From positions 1,356 to 65,355 of the forward strand of contig JAGVQB010000045.1 of NCBI GenBank assembly GCA_020051955.1: a DNA stretch of 64,000 bases, given 5' to 3'. The notes beneath the pieces were generated by a model, which did not search any database, was not told the DNA's origin, and was given only the letters and a program-made list of their open reading frames with translations. The stretch comes from a bacterium. Its GTDB lineage: Bacteria; Patescibacteriota; Patescibacteriia; UBA9934; GWF2-40-263. Of the stretch, positions 19,157 through 29,921 are shown piece by piece (the first letter of the stretch is position 1; each line of letters starts with the position of its first letter). The translations under genes were made by a program, and so were the position numbers.

Positions 19157-20119
19157 TCAGGTTGCGTGTCGCGCGTGCTTCCCGCGGTTGCGCGGCGGGA
19201 GGATCATTGAGAGAAGCGCCATGCGGACATAGAGACCGTTCTTTGCCTGAAGGAAGTACGCCGCGCGTGGATCACCATCGATCTCCACGGGGATCTCGTT
19301 GTTGCGTGGAAGTGGGTGCAAGATGATTGAGCCTGGCTTCATCCGTGCGACCAATTCTGGCGTGAGGCAGTAGTCACTACCGTCTGACGAGACACCCTCG
19401 ACCCCTTGATGTCGTTCCTTCTGCACGCGGGTCATGTACACCACGTCCGCGTCGTCGATTACGTCTTGGAGATGCTCGCTTTCGAATATACCCAGCCTCC
19501 TCATCGCGAGTTGAGTTCGAAGATTCTGTGGCAGTCGCAGCGCTCGCGGTGAGATGAAGCTCATTCGCGTTTGCGCGAGGTCCAGTAGGTGCGCGAGCGA
19601 GTGGACGGTTCTGCCGTACAGATGATCGCCAACGAATGCCACGTGTAGGTTTTTTGGATCTCCGATTTTTTCCACGATCGTGAAGAGATCCAGGAGCGCC
19701 TGCGTGGGATGCTCGCCGTTTCCATCACCAGCGTTGATGATTGGTACAGGACTCACGGCGGCGGCGCGCGCGGCGGCTCCGAGTTCTGGGTGGCGCAAGA
19801 TGATTGCGTCCGCATATCCACCGATCACGCGTATCGAATCTTCCAGTGTCTCTCCCTTGGTAGCGGAGGAGAAATGCCCCGCGCTCTCGGTTCCGATGAC
19901 CCTGGCGCCTTGAAGTTGCGCGGCAGTGTCAAACGATAGACGTGTGCGCGTTGATGGTTCGTAGAAGATCATCGCCACCACGCGACCCACGAGCACTGGT
20001 TCGCACAGTCCGTGATCCACTCCGAAGCGCATTTGGCGCGCTCGGGTGAAGATCTCCTCGATCAGCCTGGGGTCTTGGAATTGGTCCGCACTTAGGACAT
20101 GCTGAAGTTCTGTTCCCAT
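19157..20119 (-). CDS. pyrB: aspartate carbamoyltransferase catalytic subunit
   Basis: Contains the STRTR and HPTQ carbamoyltransferase motifs. ATG at 20119 is preceded by AGGAGG (20123-20128). The track's upstream extension across the tRNA region was rejected. GC is about 59 %, above the local background. Confidence 0.9.
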   Translation of the reverse strand: MGTELQHVLSADQFQDPRLIEEIFTRARQMRFGVDHGLCEPVLVGRVVAMIFYEPSTRTRLSFDTAAQLQGARVIGTESAGHFSSATKGETLEDSIRVIGGYADAIILRHPELGAAARAAAVSPVPIINAGDGNGEHPTQALLDLFTIVEKIGDPKNLHVAFVGDHLYGRTVHSLAHLLDLAQTRMSFISPRALRLPQNLRTQLAMRRLGIFESEHLQDVIDDADVVYMTRVQKERHQGVEGVSSDGSDYCLTPELVARMKPGSIILHPLPRNNEIPVEIDGDPRAAYFLQAKNGLYVRMALLSMILPPRNRGKHARHAT

Positions 20120-20228
20120 TCTTACCTCCTTGAAACCAGGGAGAGTATATCGGGGATAAAAAGTTTGGGCAACAGAGGTTTCTCTCTTGCCAGGGCATAA
20201 AAGATAAGTTAGTATTTTGGGGAAATAG

Positions 20229-20303
20229 GCGGGTATCGTATAGCGGTTATTATTCCAGTTTTCCAAACTGGTGATGCGGGTTCGACTCCCGCTACCCGCT
20301 CCA
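20229..20303 (+). tRNA. tRNA-Gly (anticodon TCC), 75 nt
   Basis: Hand-folded cloverleaf: acceptor GCGGGTA/TACCCGC, anticodon stem CCAGT/ACTGG, loop TTTCCAA, T-arm GCGGGTTCGACTCCCGC, and an encoded CCA. Confidence 0.85.
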
Positions 20304-20402
20304 TCCCGTTCAAACATTGCGCCATCACCGTTAAACCGTTTGGAAGTGACAATGTCACTTCCTGTGGGGTTTACCGATTATGTCGCGGAGTTTGAACGGG
20401 AT
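20303..20402 (+). repeat. MITE-like ~100 bp element, copy A (13 bp terminal inverted repeats ATCCCGTTCAAAC / GTTTGAACGGGAT)
   Basis: Abuts the 3' end of tRNA-Gly. It is about 80 % identical to 46304-46403, with shared termini and a shared core CATCACCGTTAAACCG...GGTTTACCGATT. Confidence 0.7.
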
Positions 20403-20416
20403 CCATTTATCAACAC

Positions 20417-20470
20417 GGGACGTAGCTCAGCCCGCTTGTGCTCCCGCCATTAATGGATGCGCGGCTGGGA
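20417..20470 (+). pseudogene. tRNA-Pro 5' fragment (pseudo-tRNA)
   Basis: GGGACGTAGCTCAG matches the first 14 nt of the downstream tRNA-Pro, and GAGCGCCTG matches its D-stem/anticodon-stem junction. Foreign sequence lies in between, and there is no T-arm or acceptor 3' half. Confidence 0.45.
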
Positions 20471-20512
20471 GCGCCTGATCCACGGGTTTGGTCTGAAATA
20501 AAAACTTAATAT

Positions 20513-20588
20513 CGGGACGTAGCTCAGTAGGTAGAGCGCCTGGTTTGGGACCAGGAGGTCGCAGGTTCGAGCCCTGTCGTCCCGACCA
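20513..20588 (+). tRNA. tRNA-Pro (anticodon TGG), 76 nt
   Basis: Acceptor CGGGACG/CGTCCCG, anticodon stem CCTGG/CCAGG with loop TTTGGGA, T-loop TTCGAGC, discriminator A and encoded CCA. Confidence 0.85.
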
Positions 20589-20740
20589 TTCGACTACCGT
20601 TGTTTTTTACAACGGCAGTCGAATGTCCCGAGCGAGCGCTAGCGAGCCGAGGGGCTGGTGGGTAACAACCGCTCATGGTCTGCGACCGTGTTGTGAAAAG
20701 AAGAGACTGAGGGTTCAAGACTCACTGGCTTGACCAGACA

Positions 20741-20768
20741 AAAAAATCGACGATCGTCGATTTTTTTG
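20741..20768. terminator. bidirectional rho-independent terminator
   Basis: AAAAAAATCGACGATCGTCGATTTTTTT: a perfect palindrome flanked by an A-run and a T-run. Confidence 0.65.
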
Positions 20769-20812
20769 TCATCAATAACGTTTGGCAGAAGGCAGGTTAA
20801 ACATTCAATTTT

Positions 20813-20840
20813 AAAAACGGATCTATTCGATCCGTTTTTA
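20813..20840. terminator. bidirectional terminator at the 3' end of tRNA-Phe
   Basis: AAAAACGGATCTATTCGATCCGTTTTTAAA. Confidence 0.6.
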
Positions 20841-20842
20841 AA

Positions 20843-20917
<75 letters not shown>

Positions 20918-20983
20918 AAACAACTTTCAGAATTGGCAATCTGCCTAAACAAATGTGGCCCACCACGTCGCTCGCGAGCGACG

Positions 20984-21060
20984 TGGTGGGCGTGGATGGA
21001 CTCGAACCATCGACCTCAACATTATCAGTGTTGCGCTCTAACCACCTGAGCTACACGCCC
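20984..21060 (-). tRNA. tRNA-Ile (anticodon GAT), 77 nt
   Basis: The reverse complement reads GGGCGTGTAGCTCAGGTGGTTAGAGCGCAACACTGATAATGTTGAGGTCGATGGTTCGAGTCCATCCACGCCCACCA. The 32 bp hairpin at 20959-20990 overlaps the CCA end and acts as a terminator. Confidence 0.85.
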
Positions 21061-21356
21061 TTATTTTTTTGGCGTGTAGCGAAGGTGGTTGACCACCTGC
21101 CCGCCCACCATAGCCCGAAGGGCGACGGCGGGAGCTACACGCCCGTATGAATAACGTTCAGAATTGGCGATCTGCTCGCTCTTCGGTCGGAAACTCGCTC
21201 GCTGTAGGATTCACCTACACCTCGCGAGCTTTCCTTCCTGCAGAGCGTCGCATCTCATTTAATTCTGAACGTTATTCGTTTGAATGATTTGAAAGAACGG
21301 CGATACTATATCAAGGCATAAAAGTGTTGGCAAGGCTATTTTATACGTAAGGAAAT

Positions 21357-21390
21357 ATAAAAAGCGACACGCGTATCGTGTCGCTTTGCG
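21357..21390 (-). terminator. rho-independent terminator of the secreted-protein gene
   Basis: AAAGCGACACGCGTATCGTGTCGCTTT hairpin followed by a T-run on the minus strand, about 20 nt after the stop at 21412. Confidence 0.6.
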
Positions 21391-21411
21391 TTTAGAGGAG
21401 GACTCGCTTCA

Positions 21412-22317
21412 CTAGTCTTCGCGCGGCAGGCTTGCGAGCCACTCTCTTCTACCATTGAGTTTCGGGACGACCTCGACCTCGTATTCCCAGCCGTAATGCG
21501 CCGGGATCTCAAGAATCGATTCAGGATACGATGGCGATGTGAGTTGATGGCGTCCTCCATGATTGTCAGTGGCTATCACGGAGAACTTGTGACCTTTTTG
21601 CGCGCGAAGCATTCTTGTCCCTGGGAGAAGAATGACGCGGGCAGGTGAGGTCTGAATGGAGTACTTGTCGAAGCGCAAGAACTGGTCGCAGGCTTCGCTC
21701 AAGTTGATGACCGCGAGGCGCCGGAGCGTTACGCGAGTGACAACCAGACGTTCGCTTCCGCCCGTTCTCACAACCACCGGGTCTGGCGCGTCGTAGAGGC
21801 GATCATCGATCAGGAGCGTTCTTGGGAACTTGATTCTGACGCTGGTTGTCCCATCGTGCGGGATTCCCAGCCATCTCTCGCCGTTATTCCCCGGTTGCCA
21901 TGGCACGGCCTTGTCGATGACTAGTTCGCCACCGACCAGCCCGGATAGCTTGAGCGCGACAACGCGTTCGCACATTCCATCTGGAAGCGAACGTTGCTGG
22001 CGCACGTAGTCCTGTCGCATACCAAGCGGCATCCAGTCTCGAAGGGACACAGGGCTCTCCACGGAGCACTTCTCGGTCCACGAGTCGTGCAACGTGTTAT
22101 CTTCCGTCAGCGCATCGCCGTCGATCAGCTCGAAGGCAATCCAAAGCAAGCCGTCTTCTTTGCGCGATCGTGGGGCATCGTCGTTTGTTGTTGTGAACGA
22201 CGTCCAGATTGTGCCATCGTCCTCGAACGTTGATTGTGCCCCGGCAATCTCTGGGAAAAACCAGGCGATTGGGATGATGAGAATGAGGGCGAAGAGGTTC
22301 AAGCGGTTTCGTTCCAT
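21412..22317 (-). CDS. secreted hypothetical protein (301 aa) with N-terminal signal peptide
   Basis: ATG at 22317 with AAGGAGA 8 nt upstream. MERNRLNLFALILIIPIAWFFPEIAGAQS is a signal peptide. GC is about 58 %. No confident family; the ATDNHGG stretch is not diagnostic. Confidence 0.7.
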   Translation of the reverse strand: MERNRLNLFALILIIPIAWFFPEIAGAQSTFEDDGTIWTSFTTTNDDAPRSRKEDGLLWIAFELIDGDALTEDNTLHDSWTEKCSVESPVSLRDWMPLGMRQDYVRQQRSLPDGMCERVVALKLSGLVGGELVIDKAVPWQPGNNGERWLGIPHDGTTSVRIKFPRTLLIDDRLYDAPDPVVVRTGGSERLVVTRVTLRRLAVINLSEACDQFLRFDKYSIQTSPARVILLPGTRMLRAQKGHKFSVIATDNHGGRHQLTSPSYPESILEIPAHYGWEYEVEVVPKLNGRREWLASLPRED

Positions 22318-22441
22318 TTTCTTTTTCTCCTTGAGGCGGGAACGAAAAACCCATCTGCACACAATTGTGCGGATGGGGGGTTGGGTACTTATATTCCAGC
22401 ATGATTTTTTGATCCCGTCAACGGGGCTTCTGTGGAAAACT

Positions 22442-22470
22442 AAAAACATTCGGCAGTGCCGAATGTTTTG
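22442..22470. terminator. bidirectional terminator ~135 nt downstream of the 16S 3' end
   Basis: AAAAACATTCGGCAGTGCCGAATGTTTT: an 11 bp perfect stem flanked by A and T runs. Confidence 0.7.
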
Positions 22471-22601
22471 AAACCAATTCTCTACTTTGTGATTGCAACG
22501 TGTATTCCCTTGCTCGGTCTTTAAACCGAACTGTTCTGATCAATCTGATTGATCTCGACCTAGGAACATGTCCCGACCCTTAGGTCAGGAAAAATCCCTA
22601 A

Positions 22602-24505
<1,904 letters not shown>

Positions 24506-24781
24506 TGCTTTGGGTCTTACGACCTCAAAGCTCTGTTGTTTTGTGACTTTTGTCACTACTAGGAATAACGTTGCAATCACACAGTAGATAATTGTGTGAT
24601 TTGGTAGATTGGTTTGTTTAGTTGTAAAGATCCAGCAAGAGACATTTTTAAAACCCTCGCAGGGCCTCCCCCGGGAGAGCTTCTTTTGGAACGTATATTT
24701 GTAACTTGCGGGCGCATTTTAGAAAAAGCACGTAATACTGTCAAGGACACATTGGGGAAAGGGTGGAGAAAGGTGTTTTCT

Positions 24782-24810
24782 TTGACAAAACAAGATGTTT
24801 TTGTTATCTT
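24782..24810 (+). promoter_or_regulatory. sigma70-like promoter for khpA-trmD (TTGACA-17-TATCTT)
   Basis: TTGACAaaacaagatgtttttgtTATCTT lies about 105 nt upstream of the khpA-like start. Confidence 0.5.
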
Positions 24811-24916
24811 ATTGTTGTTCATTACCTTTGTCTCTGGCGTGCATCCATGCTCGCGGGTCGACAGAAAAAGATAAGGTTAATGATTACTTGATTCGATAAT
24901 AGTCGATGCAACAGCT

Positions 24917-25294
24917 ATGGCTGACAAGCTTTTCGACCAGGAGTTCGTCGAATACATCGTGCGCGCGATCGTCAATCATCCAGAGGACGTCCGCACCGAG
25001 CGTATTGTTGACGAACGTGGCGTGCTCATCACCCTCTTCATAAACCAAGAGGACATGGGTTACGTAATTGGTCGCCAGGGTCAGACTGCTCGTTCTGTGC
25101 GGACTCTGCTCAAGATCGTTGGCGCAAAGGAGAATGCCCGCGTCAACCTCAAGATCTATGAGCCAGAAGGCGCACGCCGCCCACCACGTCGTGAAGATCG
25201 TCCAGGCGATGATCGCACTCCTCGCGACGATCGTGGACCACGCGATGACTTCCGTCGTAGTGACGACACGTCTGTAGATGATCTGGGTATCTAG
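24917..25294 (+). CDS. khpA: KH-domain RNA-binding protein (KhpA/UPF0109-like) with R/D-rich low-complexity C-terminal tail
   Basis: VIGRQGQTARSVRTLL carries the GXXG loop of a type II KH fold. The N-terminal roughly 80 aa is KhpA-sized. It sits upstream of trmD, as in the canonical rpsP-khpA-rimM-trmD neighbourhood. Confidence 0.75.
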   Translation: MADKLFDQEFVEYIVRAIVNHPEDVRTERIVDERGVLITLFINQEDMGYVIGRQGQTARSVRTLLKIVGAKENARVNLKIYEPEGARRPPRREDRPGDDRTPRDDRGPRDDFRRSDDTSVDDLGI

Positions 25295-25304
25295 ATCAAA
25301 AACC

Positions 25305-25345
25305 AAAAACCAGCTACTCTAATCGGTAGCTGGTTTTGATTTTAT
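25305..25345 (+). terminator. hairpin plus T-run between khpA and trmD (terminator/attenuator)
   Basis: CCAGCTACTCTAATCGGTAGCTGG stem-loop followed by TTTTGATTTTATTTTT, ending 5 nt before the trmD ATG. Confidence 0.5.
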
Positions 25346-25349
25346 TTTT

Positions 25350-26084
25350 ATGGCAAAGAAAAAGATTCGACGTTTCGACATTCTGACAATTTTTCCAGAA
25401 ACAGTGACGCCCTATGTTCAGGCGTCGATTTTGGGTCGCGCGCAGGAGGCTGGGTTGATTGAGGTTAAGACGCATGACCTTCGCGTGTGGTCGACTGATA
25501 AGCATCATAAAGTTGATGACACGCCATATGGCGGGGGCCCTGGGATGGTGATGAAGGTTGAACCGTTTGAGAGGGCGGTGAGGGAACTCAAGGGAGGAGG
25601 GGTGAGGGGTGAGGGGAGAGGGAGGAGGGAGGAGGTGAGAGGGAAGACGCGGGTGATTCTTACGTCGGCTTCTGGTGAGACGTTCACTCAGAAAGACGCG
25701 AAGAGGTTGGAAAAGTACGATCACCTTATCTTTTTGTGCGGTCGTTATGAGGGAGTTGATCATCGCGTAGAAGAGTATGTCGCGGATGAAGCGTTTTCGA
25801 TCGGGGAGTATGTTTTAACTGGCGGTGAGTTACCTGCAATGGTGATGATAGACGCGATCGCGCGTCTGGTGCCTGGTGTGATTGAAAAAGATTCGCTCGC
25901 GCGCGAGTCGCATAGCAAGAAAGGTTACCGCGAGCATCCACAATATACGAAGCCCGCGGTTTACAGTCCCGGGGCTAGTGGGAGGGGTAAGACGATTGCA
26001 CAGTGGGAGATTCCCGACGTCCTTCTCTCCGGCGATCACAAAAAAATCGAGGAGTGGCGCAACAAACATTCAGTTACAAAATAA
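25350..26084 (+). CDS. trmD: tRNA (guanine37-N1)-methyltransferase
   Basis: FDILTIFPE, TPYGGGPGMVMKVEP and YEGVDHRV...VLTGGELPAMVMIDAIARLVPGV are TrmD SPOUT motifs. It also contains a G-rich low-complexity insert, KGGGVRGEGRGRREEVRGKT. Confidence 0.92.
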   Translation: MAKKKIRRFDILTIFPETVTPYVQASILGRAQEAGLIEVKTHDLRVWSTDKHHKVDDTPYGGGPGMVMKVEPFERAVRELKGGGVRGEGRGRREEVRGKTRVILTSASGETFTQKDAKRLEKYDHLIFLCGRYEGVDHRVEEYVADEAFSIGEYVLTGGELPAMVMIDAIARLVPGVIEKDSLARESHSKKGYREHPQYTKPAVYSPGASGRGKTIAQWEIPDVLLSGDHKKIEEWRNKHSVTK

Positions 26085-26108
26085 CGACCCAGTGTGGGTC
26101 GTTTGTGT
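26085..26108. terminator. bidirectional terminator between trmD and the convergent hypothetical gene
   Basis: CGACCCAGTGTGGGTCG hairpin followed by TTTGTGT. Confidence 0.55.
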
Positions 26109-26122
26109 CTAGAACGCTGTCT

Positions 26123-26551
26123 CTAGCAGTGGTCGATGTCGCAGATGTCCACCAGAACGCCGCCCAGGCTGATCGCCGATCTTGTGGCAGTCTCGAATCG
26201 ACTCGAGCTTGCCGGCGTGCTACCCAGCATGGCGTGATGGCGCGCCAGACCGTTGGCGATGTAGAGGAAGAAATTGTTCGATGCCACACTGTCCTCGGGC
26301 GACAGTCGCAGGAACGGAGCGAAATGCAAACGTGTGAAGATCGGAACCCTGCGGTACTCTTCCGCATTCCTGAGGAACGTCGAGAGGGCACGTTCTATCT
26401 CAGTCGGTGCCATACTTGCGTCGTGGAGGCCGCGTTGCATCTTCTCGTCGCACATCTCTTCATGCATGATCTCGACACCTTCGCGCCAGATCACACACGC
26501 CCACCTGCCGTTCTTGCAAAGAACGAGGTTGAATACGTCCCCTGCCTTCAT
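26123..26551 (-). CDS. hypothetical protein (142 aa), GC-rich
   Basis: ATG at 26551 preceded by AGGAGG. There is no family-level similarity I can recognise. It lies downstream of rlmN on the same strand. Confidence 0.5.
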   Translation of the reverse strand: MKAGDVFNLVLCKNGRWACVIWREGVEIMHEEMCDEKMQRGLHDASMAPTEIERALSTFLRNAEEYRRVPIFTRLHFAPFLRLSPEDSVASNNFFLYIANGLARHHAMLGSTPASSSRFETATRSAISLGGVLVDICDIDHC

Positions 26552-26611
26552 CACATCCTCCTGCGGACTTAGACAGACACCGCGCCGCGCGGTGTGTCTC
26601 TGTGTACGAGG

Positions 26612-27667
26612 CTAGTCGAAATTGGCGGGATTGTCAATGGATAGTTGCCCGCAGGCGGCCGTTATATCAGCACCCATCGCGCGGCGCACAGTGGCAGTGA
26701 CGTTATTTTTTTGTAGGGAGTCGTGGAAGGCGGTGATCGTTGTGTCATCAGAGCGTTCAAAATCAACACCTGTCAGGTTGTAGGGGATGAGGTTTACTTT
26801 TATGCGGCCGATTCGGTTTACAAAAGTTGAAAGCGCCTTGGCGTGAGTGGGGGAATCGTTTACTCCCTTGAGCATAACGTATTCGAAAGTGAGGTGATGG
26901 CGTCTGTTGCCGTGGAGCTTGAGATAATTCTTTGCCCAGCGTTCAAGTCCAGGCAGAAATTCATCGTAAGAAGTTGGTACGATTTGTTTGCGCGTTGATT
27001 CGATCGCGGAGTGGAGAGAAACAGCCAGGCGCACAGGCGGCCATTGTTTGTCAGTGAGGATTTGTTCCAGGCGCGGGAGTATGCCAACAGTTGAAACGGT
27101 AATGTGCGTGGGACCAATGTCGGTTTTTGCAAGCAATGTGTTGAGCGCGCCGCGGACTTCTTCGTAGTTCGCAAGTGGTTCTCCCATGCCCATTATTACG
27201 ATATTGGAAATGCGAGGCGAGGTGGTGAGGTGGTCAGGTGGTAAGGTGTTTTCGGAATACATTTTCCAAAAACGATATTGATCAACAATTTCATCACTTG
27301 AGAGGTTGCGCGTGAGTCCCATCTTTCCAGTCGCGCAAAAACTGCATCGCATCGCGCAACCAACCTGCGAGGACACGCAGATCGTCCATGCCCCACGCCG
27401 GTTGGCCATAAGCACACTCTCGATTTGTTTGCCACCCTCCACGTTGAGCAGAGCTTTGTGCGTTTCGCCATTCGCGCTGACTTGAATGTTGGCAAGCCCA
27501 ACCGACAGCCATGGGATTTCCTTGAGGCTCTCGCGCATGGATTTGGGAATTGTCGTTGCTTCATCCCAACCATTGGCAGACGAAAAAAGCGCGTCCTCGA
27601 TTTGCTTCCAGCGAAAAGCCGGTTCGTTTGGGAAAAGTTTTTCGAATTGAGTTTTGCGTGTCTCCAT
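26612..27667 (-). CDS. rlmN: 23S rRNA/tRNA (adenine-C2)-methyltransferase, radical SAM (RlmN/Cfr family)
   Basis: Radical-SAM cluster CAMRCSFCATG, plus GMGEPLANY and the C-terminal Cys region. 351 aa, the size of RlmN. Confidence 0.88.
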   Translation of the reverse strand: METRKTQFEKLFPNEPAFRWKQIEDALFSSANGWDEATTIPKSMRESLKEIPWLSVGLANIQVSANGETHKALLNVEGGKQIESVLMANRRGAWTICVSSQVGCAMRCSFCATGKMGLTRNLSSDEIVDQYRFWKMYSENTLPPDHLTTSPRISNIVIMGMGEPLANYEEVRGALNTLLAKTDIGPTHITVSTVGILPRLEQILTDKQWPPVRLAVSLHSAIESTRKQIVPTSYDEFLPGLERWAKNYLKLHGNRRHHLTFEYVMLKGVNDSPTHAKALSTFVNRIGRIKVNLIPYNLTGVDFERSDDTTITAFHDSLQKNNVTATVRRAMGADITAACGQLSIDNPANFD

Positions 27668-27712
27668 AAAATAATAGGCGAGAGCTTCTGCTCCCGCCTA
27701 TATTATATCTGA

Positions 27713-28060
27713 TTATTGCGCTGGTGTTTCAGCTGGTTTTTCTTTTGCGGCTTCCGCGGCTTTTGCGTCGAGTTTGGTTTTGCGCGTTTTTGAGATGTGG
27801 CTTACGCCGCGCTTCTCGCCTTCCACGATTTTTTCATCAACGAGCAGGTTCCACAGTGTGCTAGACACTTCAGCTCCTTGCGCGATCCAGTATTTAACGC
27901 GGTCAGCGTTGATTACCAATTCGCGTGGGTTTTTGCGTGGATCAAAGTGGCCGAGGATTTCTGTGTACTTAGCCCACGGGTCGCGGTGTTTTGGGATTAC
28001 GATGACTCGGTAGATTGGCGCGCCAGTTTTCCCAACGCGAGAGAGACGGATAGAAAGCAT
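27713..28060 (-). CDS. rpsP: 30S ribosomal protein S16 with short K/A/E-rich C-terminal extension
   Basis: MLSIRLSRVGKTGAPIYRVIV...YTEILGHFDP is the canonical bS16 N-terminus. Confidence 0.93.
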   Translation of the reverse strand: MLSIRLSRVGKTGAPIYRVIVIPKHRDPWAKYTEILGHFDPRKNPRELVINADRVKYWIAQGAEVSSTLWNLLVDEKIVEGEKRGVSHISKTRKTKLDAKAAEAAKEKPAETPAQ

Positions 28061-28146
28061 AATTTTGGTCGTTGTGTTTGATTACGTAAACCGTGCCGCA
28101 AGGATAAGGAATCTGACTGGGAATGTCAACAAATAAGCCAAATACC

Positions 28147-28175
28147 TTGACAAAACGGTCAAAATATGATATTCT
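28147..28175 (+). promoter_or_regulatory. sigma70-like promoter (TTGACA-17-TATTCT) feeding a ~200 nt structured leader
   Basis: TTGACAaaacggtcaaaatatgaTATTCT. The downstream leader carries two tandem CAGGCTnnAGCCTG hairpins before the ATG at 28382. Confidence 0.5.
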
Positions 28176-28381
28176 TGTCTCTTCTGTTTATTGTGAGAAG
28201 GGAGGAATTCCTCAATTGAGTGACTTATTTCCTGGTAGCCGCAGGCTTTAGCCTGTGTGCGATTCACGCGGCGCAGGCTGTAGCCTGCGGCCGCCACGGA
28301 AAGAATCGGCCGTTCAGTTGAGGGATTCATCCCCTGCCGTTGCTCATCCCGAGCGCGGTGCAAGTAAAGAGGTACGAGAAG

Positions 28382-28849
28382 ATGTCCAAGAACGTTGCCA
28401 TGCTCGTCTGCGCGGTTCTGTTCTTCCTCGCGGCCGTCGCCCAGGTGGCGCACGCCGACGAGACTTCGGTCGCGCCCGCGACCGTCTCGGTCACCTACGC
28501 CGGCGAGGAGTGGAAGCCCGGCAAGGCACTGGGCATCTGCGTCCAGACGGGTCTGCGGTCGAAGGGTCTACTCGGCGACTACTCCGTGGTCTTCAGCTTC
28601 ACCACGGAGAGCGTCATGACGTCGAGAGAGAGGTTCTGGGGTGCTCTTAGCTTCCTCCTCATCGACAGCGACGAGAACCTGATCTCCATGGCCTTCGGGC
28701 AGGAGGTCGGGGAGACGGCTGAGGAGTTGAAGCAGAGAGCGATCGGAGGAGACAAGCTGTCTCCAGGCGGTCGCTACTTCCTCTCGACCTGCGAGACACT
28801 CACGAATACCGTCGTGAGCTTCGTCCCGCGGGCGGAGGTGAAGGAGTAG
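28382..28849 (+). CDS. small secreted hypothetical protein (155 aa), very GC-rich
   Basis: ATG at 28382 with AAGAGG upstream. Signal peptide MSKNVAMLVCAVLFFLAAVAQVAHA. Sample lines give 65-73 % GC. Confidence 0.6.
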   Translation: MSKNVAMLVCAVLFFLAAVAQVAHADETSVAPATVSVTYAGEEWKPGKALGICVQTGLRSKGLLGDYSVVFSFTTESVMTSRERFWGALSFLLIDSDENLISMAFGQEVGETAEELKQRAIGGDKLSPGGRYFLSTCETLTNTVVSFVPRAEVKE

Positions 28850-29921
28850 GACGGAACCGGAACTAAGACAAGAAACGGGGGGTGCGGAGGAACGTCGATG
28901 GACGACGACAGGGAGCTCATGAGGGATCTGGTGGAGATCTGGGTGGTAACCACCCTGTTTCAACTCCTCCTTTTCTGTGGGGCGTACCTGATAGGGTACT
29001 TCTTCACCGGGTTCTCGAGTTGAGTCCACGGAACCTGGAATGCGTCCGCGTGGCGCCAGGTTTCAAATCAACGCGGCGGATCGCAGTTCACCAGATCCGA
29101 GTATTCGCAACCGAGCTCGTAGGTGGAACGGGCTCAAATGGAGTAGACATGGGCTACAGCTAGAAGGAAGCGTCTGGAGGTCGTAAGACCAAGTCACGGC
29201 CAGGCGTGGATACATAAGTGACCCGGCGTACTATGCGAGGTTGCCAGACGTGAGAGTTAGGAACGGAAAGGGACAGAAAGCCCGAGTACAAGTACGAAGC
29301 GATACCGTCTGAAGCAATCACTCGAGAGCAATCTCGGGACGTCGGGGAGTGGTAACACTCCGAAGGGTCGCGCCAAAGCATGGGAGCCGTTGACAGTGAA
29401 GGCTCAAAGGGCTGGCAACCCAATCTGTCAAAAAGGCCTTGTGAGTTTGGCCTCCTGTCTACGGACGGGTCAAATGAACTCTCCTTGGTTGTGGCGGTCA
29501 ACAACCCGTTTTCAATCCGCGTTTTAAGAAAAACGAGGACTTTGGTCGGCAGAGTTCGACACGGCGCGCGAGACGTTCTTGCGCCACTTGCCAGCGGTGT
29601 ATCACTGGCAGACTCGCATTTCGCGAGCGGGGAATTGTGTGGCGCCCTTAAAGGCCACTTTGCAGAAGGAGGTCAGAAATGACTTACCCGTTGCTGTTCT
29701 ACGATGTTACAAACGCGCTTTCCCCTGAGCGCGCCAAAAAACCAAAGGTAAGGGGGTAAGGATCTCGGCCGTCAACGTGACAAAACGGCCGGGGATCCTA
29801 ACGATACTTTCCCCGGTCGCTTGGGCGCCTCCCGCGTCCATCACGTTGCGTTCCGGGGTCCTCTACCGAAATGCTGATTGTTACATCGCGTACCAATCGG
29901 CAGGTCAGTTGAGAGAAACAT
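28850..29921 (+). other. ~1.07 kb GC-rich segment without credible ORFs (candidate structured RNA or foreign remnant)
   Basis: All six frames are broken into ORFs shorter than 115 codons with implausible composition. There are many local hairpins. A 26-codon sORF with a perfect AAGGAGG Shine-Dalgarno sequence sits at 29679-29759. The segment ends at a strong terminator at 29922-29948. Confidence 0.4.

Noticed and set aside
19157-20317. ORF-track version of pyrB extending 66 codons upstream towards the tRNA-Gly region
   Set aside because: The extension is a non-conserved low-complexity peptide. An ATG with a perfect AGGAGG Shine-Dalgarno sequence lies at 20119, where the conserved ATCase N-terminus begins.
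20589-20740. Possible additional tRNA or small RNA between tRNA-Pro and the bidirectional terminator
   Set aside because: A perfect hairpin (TTCGACTACCGTTGT...ACAACGGCAGTCGAA) directly follows tRNA-Pro, but no cloverleaf could be folded. It is likely a processing or termination structure. Left unannotated.
26003-26572. 189-aa plus-strand ORF overlapping the minus-strand hypothetical gene
   Set aside because: It has no Shine-Dalgarno sequence and overlaps the trmD 3' end in another frame. The minus-strand partner has AGGAGG-ATG and sits in an operon position after rlmN.
28082-28453. 123-aa minus-strand ORF across the island promoter and leader
   Set aside because: It overlaps the promoter, the structured leader and the 5' end of the better-supported secreted-protein gene, and its composition is implausible.
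28850-29921. RNase P RNA, tmRNA, SRP RNA or group II intron identity for the ORF-free GC-rich segment
   Set aside because: By eye I could not find GGAAAGTCCGG / ACAGAACCCGGCTTA (RNase P), a tRNA-like 3' end with TTCGATTCC...CCA (tmRNA), the GGAAGCAGC SRP domain IV, or a GAGC...GGTTC domain V hairpin. The identity is left open rather than assigned.
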